In this document: positions 20,521 through 32,917 of the stretch, in pieces | Position numbering within the stretch: the first letter of the stretch is position 1 | Layout: each line of letters starts with the position of its first letter | Origin: Hydrolagus affinis | Lineage: Eukaryota | Direction of reading: 5' to 3' | Assembly (NCBI GenBank): GCA_012026655.1 | Contig: JAAILG010000781.1 | Location: 1-64,000 of the forward strand | DNA: 64,000 nt | Made by a program: the position numbers and the translations under genes | The notes under the pieces: model-generated | What the model was told of the DNA's origin: nothing | What the model saw: only the letters and a program-made list of their open reading frames with translations | Databases searched by the model: none

Positions 20521-21384
20521 AAGTAAATCGTTGTTCTGATCGATAAGGTTTCCTGAGGTGGGTGAAAATGCAGTCTGAATGGATTCTAAGTATTAGACCC
20601 TTTTCCCCACCATCAAGTAAGTAATCAGAAGTACTGCACCACAATAGTAATGACTGGGTGAACTTAATGGACAAAGGTGAAAGGGCAGCAGCTTGCAGGA
20701 GGCCTGCCTCAGACCAGGGGGTAGAACTGAACTTGGTCAAGAGAGAAAAGCATGAGACCTTGGCAGCTCCCATTACACGTCTGGACTTGTGGATTTGTTG
20801 GTGCGTTAAACTTTGCTGCGCCAAAGCATGGCATTACCACGCAATCCTGAGAGTGCTTTAGAACAATACGAGAGACTGACACACAGAAGAAAAGCAACAA
20901 CGACTGCTGAAATATATTGAATTGTTTTATATGTAAAGTTTGTTTTATATGTAAAGTCCTGACCAATTAGAATTCATACCAATTGGTACAATACTTGTAA
21001 TTATGCACTTAAAGGGGCTTCAGCATCTCATCGTCCTCCCCGCCTATAAATAGTCACCAAACTTGACAGCAATTATTTGTGAAATATTGATTTATCTTGC
21101 TCTAATATTACAGGAATTTGGATGACTGTTGTATTGTGCAAGTCCCTGTGATAATAGGGAATATTTCTTCCATAGCAATAATTTAACGTAGAATTAATTA
21201 AGAAACAATTCTACACCTACCTGAAGTAGAATTCAGAAACTTGACCATATCTAGTGTTTCAAAAGTAATTTTAACTCTGAAGCTTTTAATGACACTCTTC
21301 TGTTGTGTAATAAATGCAAGATGTCAAAGCTGGGGATTTGTATCAAACGCTTCCAATGCAGGATCAATAAAGAGTTCTTTACAG

Positions 21385-21725
21385 AGGTGTGGAGCTCAGT
21401 GGTGAGAGCACTCACCTTACAAACATGAGACTTGTATTCGAATTCCAGGTCAGGGTGAAACCTTGGGTAACCCTCGAAAAAAAATTTGTTCATTTCAATC
21501 CACGTCTGTTTGTGGGACGTTGCTGTGCGCAATTGGCTGCCGCGTTTCACCCACAAATATACAGCCAATTCACTTTACGGTATATTCTGGGAAATGTGTT
21601 GAGACGTCTAGAAGACGTGATATAATGCTTGCATTAGATCAAATGCAAGCATCATTGTTAAAGTGTATTATTATTATTAAGGTATTTTGCTTGCAAGCTC
21701 TAACCACTGAGCTACAGGACTCCAC
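21385..21725 (+). mobile_element. Full-length SINE (+) followed by an inverted head fragment (21690-21725)
   Basis: ggagctcagtggtgagagcactcaccttacaa...gggacgttgctgtgcgcaattggctgccgcgtttc...tattattattatt; then ctctaaccactgagctacaggactcc. Confidence 0.9.
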
Positions 21726-22939
21726 TCCATATCCATATCAATTTCAAAGAAACAAACAATCTCAAAGCGTGTCAGGGGTAGTTAAAACAGGGAAAATAGT
21801 TGTATTTAATTTGCCTCCAAAAATACAACACTCCTTTGGTGCTGCAATGGGAGTGTCAGCCTAGACCATGAACTCCAGTGTTGGTTAGAAATCAAGTGGC
21901 TAGAACCCACAACCTTCTGACTCGTATAATGAATGCTGACACGTACAGCTTACCCCCACTCCCCATACACCTCACACCAGTGCGCTCTCACAATTCATTG
22001 ATTTACCTCATCTAACATTTTGTTTGCGCGTAACACTTACAGCTCTCTTTTTTATATCTTATCAGGAGCAACCAGAGTGCACCAACCGGGCATTAACTGC
22101 ATGATTTGCATTAAAATAAATTTCATAGCAATTATATGGGACGTTCTCCCAGCGTGAAAGGCACTATATAGATGCAATTTGTTGCTCTTGTTGAACTAAA
22201 TTTGCATTTGACCCTCAAGTGGGGTACACAGAACAGGTAGAGCATTGCAATAAAATAAGCAGTCTCTCTCTACACCGTATCTGGCTTCTGCCTCCAGGCA
22301 GGAAATCAAGACACAAGGTTACAATTCCCTCTCCTGGTAAGTATTGGTATAACTACAGCTTTCAGCACTGAATTAATAGTGGAATGTGACTGTATCAGAC
22401 TCCAAGAAGAATGATAGGCTGTAGTGGGAGTTTAGCAATGACTGGGAAGGGAAATGTAGAATGTATCGCATCAGTGTGATCCACCTTGGCAATGATTCCT
22501 GATCTTGGCTGAGCTGTTGAGTAGCTGAGCTGTCAAGTCTCCTAACCCGTGATCTTAAAACAGGGAAATAAAAGATACGGTAGTAGGTTTTATAGCACCA
22601 TTCACATAGGGGAATGTCTCAAATGCTTTACAAAATCGGAGTGAGAGCTGGAAGGGAGGGGAAAGCTGGCTGAAGGCCCAGTTGAAGAGAGATGTTAGAA
22701 GTTGGGTTTTGAAAGCAGAGAGAAAAGTCGAGGCAGAGGGAATCTCAATAATTCAAGTCAATAATGGAAGAACCCTAAATGTCCTTTCCTTCAATAGGCT
22801 TTTGTTCTCTTTCACCCAGGAGGTGAGGAATGATGAATTTCTTCCTCATGCTGAGGTTCAGATATTCGTGGATAGCTAGAGAACAATGTATTGTATATAG
22901 TGCCAGCTTCAGGTGTGTCCTGAAGCGGCATTAAACTTA

Positions 22940-25900
22940 TATTTGTTTTTCACATAAATACAAAGCGTTTATGTCGGTATACACAATAAATTCACAACAC
23001 ACACACACACAGATTCTATCTGCTGTAAAATAAACAGACACATATGCCCTGCCTCCTTGCCATGAGCTAAAATAAACAGATGTGGAAAAGAAAAGCTGTG
23101 GCAAAATAACATTTAAAAAATGATCAGAACAATGGGAAACAAAAAAGACAAGTGACTTGTTGAATAAAATACAGTTCACCGCTCTTTATTAACTTTTCAG
23201 TGCTCTTCAAAATAAATATATGTTTTATATGTCAAACATACAAGTGGAGAAAATGATTAGGGATGACTCGAGCATGGTAAAATGCGTTACAACAAAAGAA
23301 AATGCCATTGCTTACATGTGACCTGCAGAGTAATACTTAAACCATTTAGAAAATAGCTTCATCAAGTCTTCAGATATTTACAGTTTGAACAGACCAGATA
23401 ATCCATACACCTATTTACAAAAAAACTTTCGATCCATTTTACACTTGTGATTTAAGAGCATGAATGAAAAGATGGAACAAAACAAAATGTAATGGAAAAC
23501 AAACTTGCATCCGTTAGCTCTGGACTCCATTTTTAGTGACCTCTCAAGAGGGCAGTTACTTCACCAAATGCATCATAGCAACCTGGCTTCAATAGCGCTC
23601 ACCGTGAGCTAATGAGCTAAAACGCTATGAGGTGCTCGTCATAGAGAACTGTGTTTACATGATGCTCGAGGCCAAAGGCATAAATGCATTGGACTGTGCT
23701 GTCGTCAAGAATGGTGCATCCACAAAAGTGCTCCCGTTGAAAACATTTCCTCTTCAAAGGATGCACTTCTTTCACAAGAAATACATTTCCCTGTATTTTC
23801 TGCGGCAATTATTGGAACCGCCATCCTCTTCCCCTTTGGGAGCATCTTTGCTAGATGTGGGCAAGAGAAATTTATTTGTGTTTCTGCAATGCACAATTGG
23901 GACACCAGTAAAACGCGAAACACTTGGGTTTGAAAGAATGTGAGTACAAAATGTTATAGTGCATGCCTGTTCAAATTTGTACGTAATGATTTTAAAATAG
24001 TTATTCCAGTGAATATTTTAGGTAACAAATGAGTTACAATATCAATTAGCAAAGAGTTTTACAATGTGGAAATTCTCGTTTAAAAAATTATCCGGTAAAT
24101 ATTCACAGAAAATTCAAGAATTCTGCACACATGGTCCACTAGTCTCATCAAAATGCTGCTCTATTCTGAAACAAAATGTAGTGCCACAGATTGATGCAGT
24201 TTCTAAATAAGTTCAAAGTATGAGGTGTTTTCCAAACAAAAGGAATACAAATACATACAAATCTGCTTCTCAGTATCACCTAAATTCAAAACATCATTAC
24301 AGGCACTGGGAATCTTTTCTGAACGAATTACATCAACTTAAAATCTTTGAACGACGTGTTACCATCAAAATATACCAAACTTTCCTAACAAAATATCCGC
24401 AATGCTAAAGAACGAGATGATTCAGTAGATAAGTCTCCTCACTCCTGACCTGGAACACACTCCATGCTTCTTATCAGCAATGTATACAAATTTCTAGTTG
24501 CTGGAAGGGCTGCTGTGGTAGACAGCAGCGAGTTCTTGTGATGTAATTATTCGAATTGACACGCAATGCAGTTGGGATTTAATTAAATGATACAAGAGGT
24601 AATATCACGCTTACATATTCTAAAACAAATTTAATGGTTGAGAAATCCATAATTTTGTAATGACTAAAAAAAAACTGAGATATAGGGAATAGCCAGGAAT
24701 TTATGACTGACAACAGAATGACTGACCAGACCATACAACACACACATTCTTACTGATCACTGGCTTTTACATCCCTACAGAGAAGCAAGGCTGCCATCTT
24801 GCATATCATGCCATCTCCATTCACATTCAGCTGCCAAATCTGCTGCCACTAAATCAGTGATAGATACAAATAGAACTTGTACTCATAACAATTATACAGG
24901 AACTGACTTCATGTTTTACACATCCAAAAAGGAAAATGTTCAACTCATCTTCCTTGTAACATACACGTACAGTCATACTTTGCACCATTTCAGTTAAGCT
25001 GTACCTTATATAAATATTTGGTACACGAGCAACGCATTTGAAACACACGTTGGCCGTCATTATAATGTAGGTGTCTTTCTTGCATTTTAAAGGCAAGACA
25101 AGTCGATGGATTTTAAATGACATTTTCAACAGGCAAGATCCACGTGACTTACACTGATGATTTGGCCTTTTGACAGTGCAACAAATGTAATAGATCCATT
25201 TTTAATTTTTTTTTAAATCAAACGATAGTGTGGTCGAGGGGAGAAGGAGAGAAAAACCTACCTTCATGTAGCTAGCAAGCTAGCAATGGAACATTCACCC
25301 CATCAGCCTGGGCTGGATGCAAAAGCAGTTCGGTAAGTGTTTAATTCCCTAAAACAGTACTTAATAACTGTAGTTTTAAATGTTTTAAAGTCAGTGTTAA
25401 ATTACAAACAAACAGATATTGAACATTACTTGTTATGTAAAATTGACCTGCGCTCATTTTCTTAAGTTCCGTTCGCTCTACATTTCTCATCTAAAAATCA
25501 AATGGGTGAGAAGGGTGTAATTGAGATAACAGTGAAGATGTACATACACACATCCCAATGTGGCAAGCCTAGTGATAAATTACTCATCAGCACAATTTAT
25601 GCCATTACATTTCTGATTAAAAATAAGTTGCTTAAATCCATAAAACAAAATAAAAATTTGCACTTGTACGTGCCTGTCTGCTCATGCATATGAAACTAGT
25701 GTTAAGTATTTTCACAATATTTTCTACCACTGCGCCTCTTAACCCTCATTAGCTTATAAATTATAAAGACACTAATGTCCGTAAACATTCGAGTTACCTC
25801 AAAAGTTGCAATAATAGTGTTTTGGATGGATAACCCACATAGGCAAGTCCATAGAGACTCACAATCAAAACATTGGCATCTGTACCTGAAACACTTTAAG

Positions 25901-28241
25901 AGGAGAAAACATTGATTTGTTTTATACAATCTAGTTAATTATTTACTCTGCAAGGGAATAAGATTCAAGTATTGTTGCACCATATTTCTTTTGACAACCG
26001 CACAGTCCTCTTGCACCAAACACTCGCAGATCATTGGCAAAAAAAACAAGGCCCCACCACCTTTCCTTCCAGCCAGGATGCACAGAAGCATTGCAAGGGT
26101 TAGTGAGAGACAATGCACAATGAACCATTCACATTTCTGCAGTTCATGGTTTCTGGTGAAACCCGTGAAAACTCTCTGGCAGTTAAACATTTGTCAGTTT
26201 CTCCACCGCGTCCCCTATCAATCCCAGGTGAACACTTGATTAATGCTTCAAACTCAGAAAAGCGCGTAAACCATTTTGGTCTATAGCAACTCTGTCGCGA
26301 ACAAAAAGGTACCTTGCCTTGGGCACAGCACAGCTGCAAAGGCATAGCGAGAGGCAAGAACATGAGCCGTTCCACTCAAGAACAACTTCCTCCTATGAAC
26401 CAATTTTTGTTTAAAAAAACAATCCAAACAATGGAAACGCAAAATCTTCATCATTAGCCACTTCGGTGAACCAGCGAACCGGCTCACTGCATTGGAAAAC
26501 TACCCGCTTCCAGGGTGACTTCAGCCAGACAGCCTTCTGGCAAAACCATCACTGCATCAGACGGCCGCAAACCTACATTGGCTGCCATCGTTTCTGTACT
26601 CAGATCTAGCTACTGCATCTTTTGAAACAGAATTGTCCACAGGTAACTGCAGTTAACTAATTTGGTTAATCCAGGAAGCCTTCGTTTGTCTCTTCTTTTT
26701 TTGTCTCTACTATTTTCCTATTCGGGTAAGTCTTATATGTCTGTAGTGAATTAACCCTTCGAACGTGTACAATTAAGACAGAAATGTCCAAATCCAGAAG
26801 GGCTCCTTTGTAAACAGCTATACGGTTATTTAAGTTTGGCCCGTCAACATTTTACGGTCCACAAAGCTGCTCAGGAATGGGATTTTTTTTCCCCCCTCAG
26901 GACACAGGGTGCAGCAGCATAAAGGATCGTTACAATGATCACACGTTATAAGGGTGACCAAATTAGTTTAACCACTGTAACCACTTCATATTGAGATTGT
27001 GTTTTATTTTAAACTGAACACACACAGCTCTCGACACGTTATGTTTAAAAACTTCGGAACAGGGAGGAGAGAAAAAAAAGCTGTGGTTCACGAATGTCTG
27101 TCGCGAGAGCATTCGATTTGCAAAACAATTAGCTGGAGATAAACAGGGAAGGAAGAAAGGAGCAAGCAGCCAAGAAACGTATTAAACACCATTGTCCCCG
27201 CCTGTGCCAAAACAACCCAGATAGGTTTAACAGCGTACACAGTTTAAGAGCATGCTGCTTGTACAGTACAAGAAAAAAAAGGACAAAGTATAGAGCATTT
27301 TTACGAAGCATGATCTAATAAAAATCCATTAACTTTGATTGTGACCTCTGAGTGCGCCTCCATATAGAAATACCGTGCTCTGTGTGGTAATCTCTACTTC
27401 TACACAACAATCTTCCTTACTGGACAAACAACACTCATTCATTACTGTGGAACACAGGCTTTTTGTCCATCGTTGTGGGATGTTCCAAGCATAAAATGCG
27501 CCAAATGCGACTGATTTAACAAATCGGGCTTTTCTGTAGGCATCTCTCTTTCCTGTGTAGTGTTGTTTACATAGTTCCCATGATTGTGGCCCAAGCTGTT
27601 CACTGCATCGATCAACGTTGCTGCTATCTTTAAATACACAATCAGTCTCTGTTCATGGCAAGTGAGGATTTACTGAGCAGCATATTGGACCGCGAGAAGG
27701 TAGTTGCCTTGGTACCTTGGAAGTCGTCAGTTACATCAATTCAATTTGCAGCCCCAGTTAAAACGAAAGTCACTGTACCAGACAAGTTCCGAGTCCAGGA
27801 AAGGAAAATGCAGCCTTCTTCATGGCTATTTGATGTCAGTTTTATGCGTGGCATTTGCAAAGCTCATCATTCCATGGTTTTTTCCTCATGTCAACCTGAG
27901 GTGTGAGATTATACATTTCCCAATTTCTCACAGTGACACTAATCCAAAAGAGGAAGGCAGGCAAACAAAAACACAATAGTGCCCACAGATAATCCATTGG
28001 ATAGCAAACTTACCACATGCAGAGATAAAGAGGTTTCAGCCAGAGTGACCAGTGCGGAGATTCAAGCCACAATCTGGTGAAAGAATCGCTGCAGAGTGGT
28101 TCCCAGAGNNNNNNNNNNNNNNNNNNNNNNNNNNNNNNNNNNNNNNNNNNNNNNNNNNNNNNNNNNNNNNNNNNNNNNNNNNNNNNNNNNNNNNNNNNNN
28201 NNNNNNNNAAAATAAACCAACATAATAGAATGCCTTCGCCT
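22940..28241 (-). other. CAMSAP1: Probable long CAMSAP1 3'UTR (~5 kb), candidate poly(A) signal at 23185-23190
   Basis: Follows the stop at 28242; AT-rich, no copies of the otherwise ubiquitous SINE seen; tttatt (AATAAA on -) at 23185-23190; interrupted by the N gap. Confidence 0.55.
28109..28208. other. Assembly gap (100 N, probably of unknown true size)
   Basis: Run of exactly 100 N. Confidence 0.99.
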
Positions 28242-28544
28242 TCATTTTGCTGCCGTTTGCTTCTTTGGCACTCCGGTGCGCTTTGCTTGCCACAGGTGAT
28301 TGTGAATGGTGAGAGCGTCCACGCTGACCGACATGGTTTTGGAAGGTATCAGGTTAAACTGCTTCCTGTCCGAACTGTATTTGTAAATCTTGTCAATCAT
28401 CTTCTTGGTAATGCTTTTTGGTCCCGTCCCAGTTAACTTCTGGATCTCCTCAGCCTCCGGGAAATAAGCATAAACTGCTCGGAACTGGCAGCCAGCGTCA
28501 CGGAACAGGATGATGTAATGATGAGCTTCGCACCTCTCAAGCTC
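28242..28544 (-). CDS. CAMSAP1: CAMSAP1 last exon, C-terminal part of the CKK microtubule minus-end-binding domain
   Basis: ttccag|GAG; ELERCEAHHYIILFRDAGCQFRAVY...GTGPKSITKKMIDKIYKYSSDRKQF...DALTIHNHLWQ...K* (TGA 28242-28244). Confidence 0.96.
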   Translation of the reverse strand, partial: ELERCEAHHYIILFRDAGCQFRAVYAYFPEAEEIQKLTGTGPKSITKKMIDKIYKYSSDRKQFNLIPSKTMSVSVDALTIHNHLWQAKRTGVPKKQTAAK

Positions 28545-29253
28545 CTGGAAGAGAAATGAAAAACGTGGTATTTTTCTCAAAAACACTGTACTTTTTTCAA
28601 AAAACACTGCCTTTTTCAATGCTAGGAAAAGTTTGCTGTCATTTCACTAAAATTCACTAAAGGTACTGTTCACATTTCCCGATCTAAATTTCTCTATAAA
28701 ATCCTCCACAAGAATGGATAGGAACAGATTTATCTGGTTGGTACCTATTTTATAAAATGCTTCTTATTATGGGGAGCCGGCTAATAACCAGCTGCACACT
28801 ATCCTCTGTACCTGCACCAGAGACTAGAAATTTACAGCTCGACAAATTACACAGGTCTCAACACTTTGGTGCCCCAGACATGCAAAGCACTTAATGTGCG
28901 ATTCAAATCTAATAACTAAAAATAGTAAGTGTCGCTCTGCCGGGGTAATGCTCACTCGAAATACAACAGTGAACATTACAGGTACAGAGGACAAATCACT
29001 TATGTAGCAAAGGCCTGGACAATTGTATTGCAATTCTGGTCAAATTAAATTGTTTAGTAAATGGTGAAAATGATTTGGTTAAAAGAACATTTGGTAATGT
29101 TCAATTGGACTACTTTTGAACAGCAGACTATAAACTTGAAATGTAGATAATAAAACTTATTGCGATCAATGTTAGTTCAGGCAATTGTACTTCGTTTGTT
29201 CTGCAGTTTGGTTTTGAAAGAAGTTGCATGTAAAGAAGGTTTATGCCACTAAC

Positions 29254-29372
29254 CTCGAGTATCGAGTTTTTCATTGGTTCATTTACTTTTCCTGCCAGAC
29301 AGCAATGTGAAACTGCGTTGTGAATTAATGGCTTGTTTGATTTTGAACTTGGCTCTTTGAACAGTTTTGGAC
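29254..29372 (-). CDS. CAMSAP1: CAMSAP1 exon (CKK N-terminal part)
   Basis: (G)PKLFKEPSSKSNKPLIHNAVSHCCLAGKVNEPMKNSILE; AG/GT flanks. Confidence 0.95.
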
Positions 29373-29456
29373 CTGAAATAAAAATAATAAGTTAACACCA
29401 GAGGTTTTAGTCCTCCGCTCACAAATGGAACCAAATGGACTGGACAAGAAACCTAC

Positions 29457-29572
29457 CCGTGTACTCAGCTACTGATGCAATCGAGGAGGCTGTGGATGTA
29501 TTCTCCCAGTCTCGCTCAGTATTCCTGCTCTGATTGCGGCTCAGGACTGAGAACGTCTCCATGGAATCTGTC
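29457..29572 (-). CDS. CAMSAP1: CAMSAP1 exon
   Basis: TDSMETFSVLSRNQSRNTERDWENTSTASSIASVAEYT; AG/GT flanks, phases consistent. Confidence 0.93.
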
Positions 29573-30137
29573 CTGTAAATTGAGCAAAATGACACAATCA
29601 GTTTTCTTGTTAATATCACAGGAACATTCATTGGTGACCTGCTGCTTCTGCTCAACATGTCCCTCAAGCCTTCTGTTCCACCAGCAGTTTTTGATTTAAC
29701 CCTGGTATTCAACCACTGCGCCCCGGAACTCCAGGACACTCCTCCTCTATCCCTCTGCCTTGTCCCTTCCTCCTCGATCGTCATGACCTTCCTATTCGAC
29801 TGTGCCTACAGTGACACACCCACTTTCCCCGGCTCAGCGTTGTGTTCTGTCGCTGTCAACCGTTCTGGGATGTTACCCTGCTCTATATACATGCAAGTTG
29901 TTGTCGATAAATAACCATTGGAGGCGAAGGATTACGCATCTCAACCCAACTAGAATAATATCCCAAATTAAATAAAAAATAGAACACATATTTAAATTAT
30001 AATGACCTTTTCCTTGCTGTGCAATGCCTGACGATTTCTGTACTATTTAATCAAGCAAATTTTATTACACCTTAACCATGCTGTGCCAATTCTAAACCAT
30101 ATTCGTTTTACTCGTTCAACGATTAAGGTTTGCTTAC

Positions 30138-30252
30138 CTTTGTGAAAAGCCACCGCTTCCTCCTCCTCCAGAGTTTACACTTTCTGCCTCTGTGGTTGCA
30201 GCTGATGCCAATGAAAGGCTGGAGCCGGACTGAGCACTGCTCAGATTATCAG
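30138..30252 (-). CDS. CAMSAP1: CAMSAP1 exon
   Basis: DNLSSAQSGSSLSLASAATTEAESVNSGGGGSGGFSQ; tttag acceptor, GTAAGC donor. Confidence 0.92.
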
Positions 30253-30820
30253 CTAAATGAAAGAAAGCAGAACCATTTCTGAATACTGCGCAGGTTAAAT
30301 GCCTGTAAGGGAAGTCAAGACAGCGGGTAAACTATACCTGAGCTGACAAATAAATGGTGATTATCTGGAAAAGCAAATGTCAGTTTTTCATTTACCGATC
30401 AAAAAAAATGTCTACAAGAATTCTATATATATATGTCTTTTTCCCTCGCTCCATTAGCTCTGTGACTGTACACAACCGGCCAGCATGTAATACCAGAGTA
30501 AATACAGGCAGTTTAATAGGCAAGTCATTTCTTTCAAACCAAATGATCAAGCTAGTAAAATAGAAAGATGCAAGCAAATTACAAAACCATTTACATTTTA
30601 CTGAAAATGGGGATGGTGTCATTGTATACGCATTCTTTTTTAAGTCATTCAACAGAAAAGTTAACCAAAAAATAATTCTAAATTTCTCGAATATCTGAAT
30701 ATTGTACAAGTCAATTCACCAGAAAGTTGTAAATTCTAACACAATAGCATCTGAATGTATAATCTGAATTATCAATCAAATGGTTTTTAATGCCTAATTT
30801 CATCCTTGTCTGCAACTTAC

Positions 30821-31029
30821 GAGTGGAAGGGTATCTAGATGGTGGTTCACTGCTGGATTCTTCCCGATGGACCGATCTGGGTCGTTGTTTCTTAGTTTTG
30901 GGTTTGGGTTTACCAAGTCCCTGTTCATCTAGTATTTGCTGCTGCTTACGCCTCAGATACTCTTGTTTGATCAGCTCTCTGCGTGCCTTCTCCTCCTCTT
31001 TACGAACTCGTTCCTCCTCAGCTTTACGC
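30821..31029 (-). CDS. CAMSAP1: CAMSAP1 exon (coiled coil 3)
   Basis: RKAEEERVRKEEEKARRELIKQEYLRRKQQQILDEQGLGKPKPK...RYPST; GTAAGT donor. Confidence 0.95.
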
Positions 31030-31579
31030 CTGAAATAAAAGCAGCAACATTTAATGACAGCACTTTTGAGCCACACAGTTTGCAGGTGGTAATTGTTACT
31101 CATTTGGGGGGGCGTTTTACAGCTGTACTGTAAAATACAAAGAGACATCATCTGGAAAGTATTCATTGTTTGATATGGAAATGAACTGAATTATAAGATT
31201 ATATAATATATATTATATAATGAGAAAATCAAGTTCGAAGCAATGTAAGTTTAAGTGGATAAATAAAGAGTGTGAATGTTTGAAGTTGATCTGAGAGATA
31301 TATATCAATGTTGAGCTTCAAAGTAATAAAAGCTCTCTGTAGACCATGTCAGACTGGCGATCGGGTAGCTAAGTTTATTAAAGCAGGATTGCTATTTTAA
31401 TCAGTTCAAATGGCTAAATGATAAATCTCAGAATTCACTTCCCGTTCAATTTTAAAGTGAGCAAAATTCATTTGATCTTAAAAGGTCAAATTCAGTATTT
31501 AAAAAAAGGTTTAATTTTCAAACCAAGGCACGTTATCAATACCTGACACTATCTCAGTGCCTCTAATTGAAACCATTAC

Positions 31580-31716
31580 CTCGCTTCATCGCGTTTTTGT
31601 TCTATCTCCGCCTCCAGCTGCTGTCGTCGAAAGCGAGCCTCCTCGGCTTTGCGTTGCTGTTTAAGCAAGAACGCAGCACGCTTCTTTGCTAGTTCATCTT
31701 CTGCTTTTTGATCATC
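31580..31716 (-). CDS. CAMSAP1: CAMSAP1 exon (coiled coil 3)
   Basis: DDQKAEDELAKKRAAFLLKQQRKAEEARFRRQQLEAEIEQKRDEA; AG/GT flanks. Confidence 0.95.
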
Positions 31717-32917
31717 CTGCAAGGGTTATACAACAAATTTGTGGATTGCGGGTACGGCATCAACATGTGCTAAAAGCCACCAAATTCAAGGTCACTGTAA
31801 TCCACATCGGAAACCGAACCAAAGATCTTCAAATTTTTCCGCTCATGTATTATTTTATTATTTGAGATTGCTTATATATTTGCTCACTTCTACAATGTTT
31901 CTCTATTTTCTGAAGCAACATCCTTCATGTCCAGCTCAAGCACCAGAGTGCTGCCAATGGATAGTATAGAAACAACAGCAACAAAATGTATTGCTGCACT
32001 ACAGTGTTCTCAACACTTGATGGCAGTTCACACCAAAGCAGAGCAGCAGTGTTTGTGTCTGCAGTGTCACCATATGGCTGGAATTAGGTACAGCACTTAA
32101 TGTTGTTCATTCAGAATTAAATACAAAATGAGTTGTTTCCAAATATTGACATAAAAAAGTTAACCCTTCAAACTTATTAAGTTAATGAATAACGTGACAG
32201 CTTTTACCTGGTCAGAAATTGTTCAACTTTTAAATGGCAACCCACTAGGCATTTGGGTTGAGCACCAGGGATTTTATAGTACGCTGGTCTCAAACCCAAA
32301 ATGTCTATACCTCACGGTTACAACTTCATAACCAAACATTGCAACATCATAGCTTAGAGGTGCATTCCAGCACTGAAATTATGCAGTCTTTCATTATTCT
32401 GTCTGGGCTGTTATGAAATGGAATGAGCTCAAAGCACTGTTAGCGATCAAATTAAGATGTGATTGAGGAACTCTGACAAATAAACCCAACAACACAGATT
32501 TAGTCCAACAGGAGAGGATTCCCACATGACAGGTGAAATCACAGCTACAGGTAGGAACCTACCCACCTCCCGCAACAAAAGCATGGCTGTTTTGAAATAC
32601 ATTCACTTGGCTATCGAGCAAAGGAAAAGGAAATAAATCAACCGCCTGCGGCCAAGGAACAATGATCTCCAACCAACAGGAACACAATTAATGTGAGGCA
32701 CTGCTCCCCTACCCCCTCCCACCACCACCCAATTGAATCGCAGCAATTGAGGGCAAATGAACTCTCTCAAGCCACGGACAGGAATAGCTCCCAAGTGTGT
32801 ATGCAGCCATGTCAACAAACCAACGATCTACCCCTACACTGGAACCAAACATATAAATGCTTCACAGGACTCTGCTAAACATTGCGATGGGACGTTAGAA
32901 GTTTAACGCAGTCTAAC

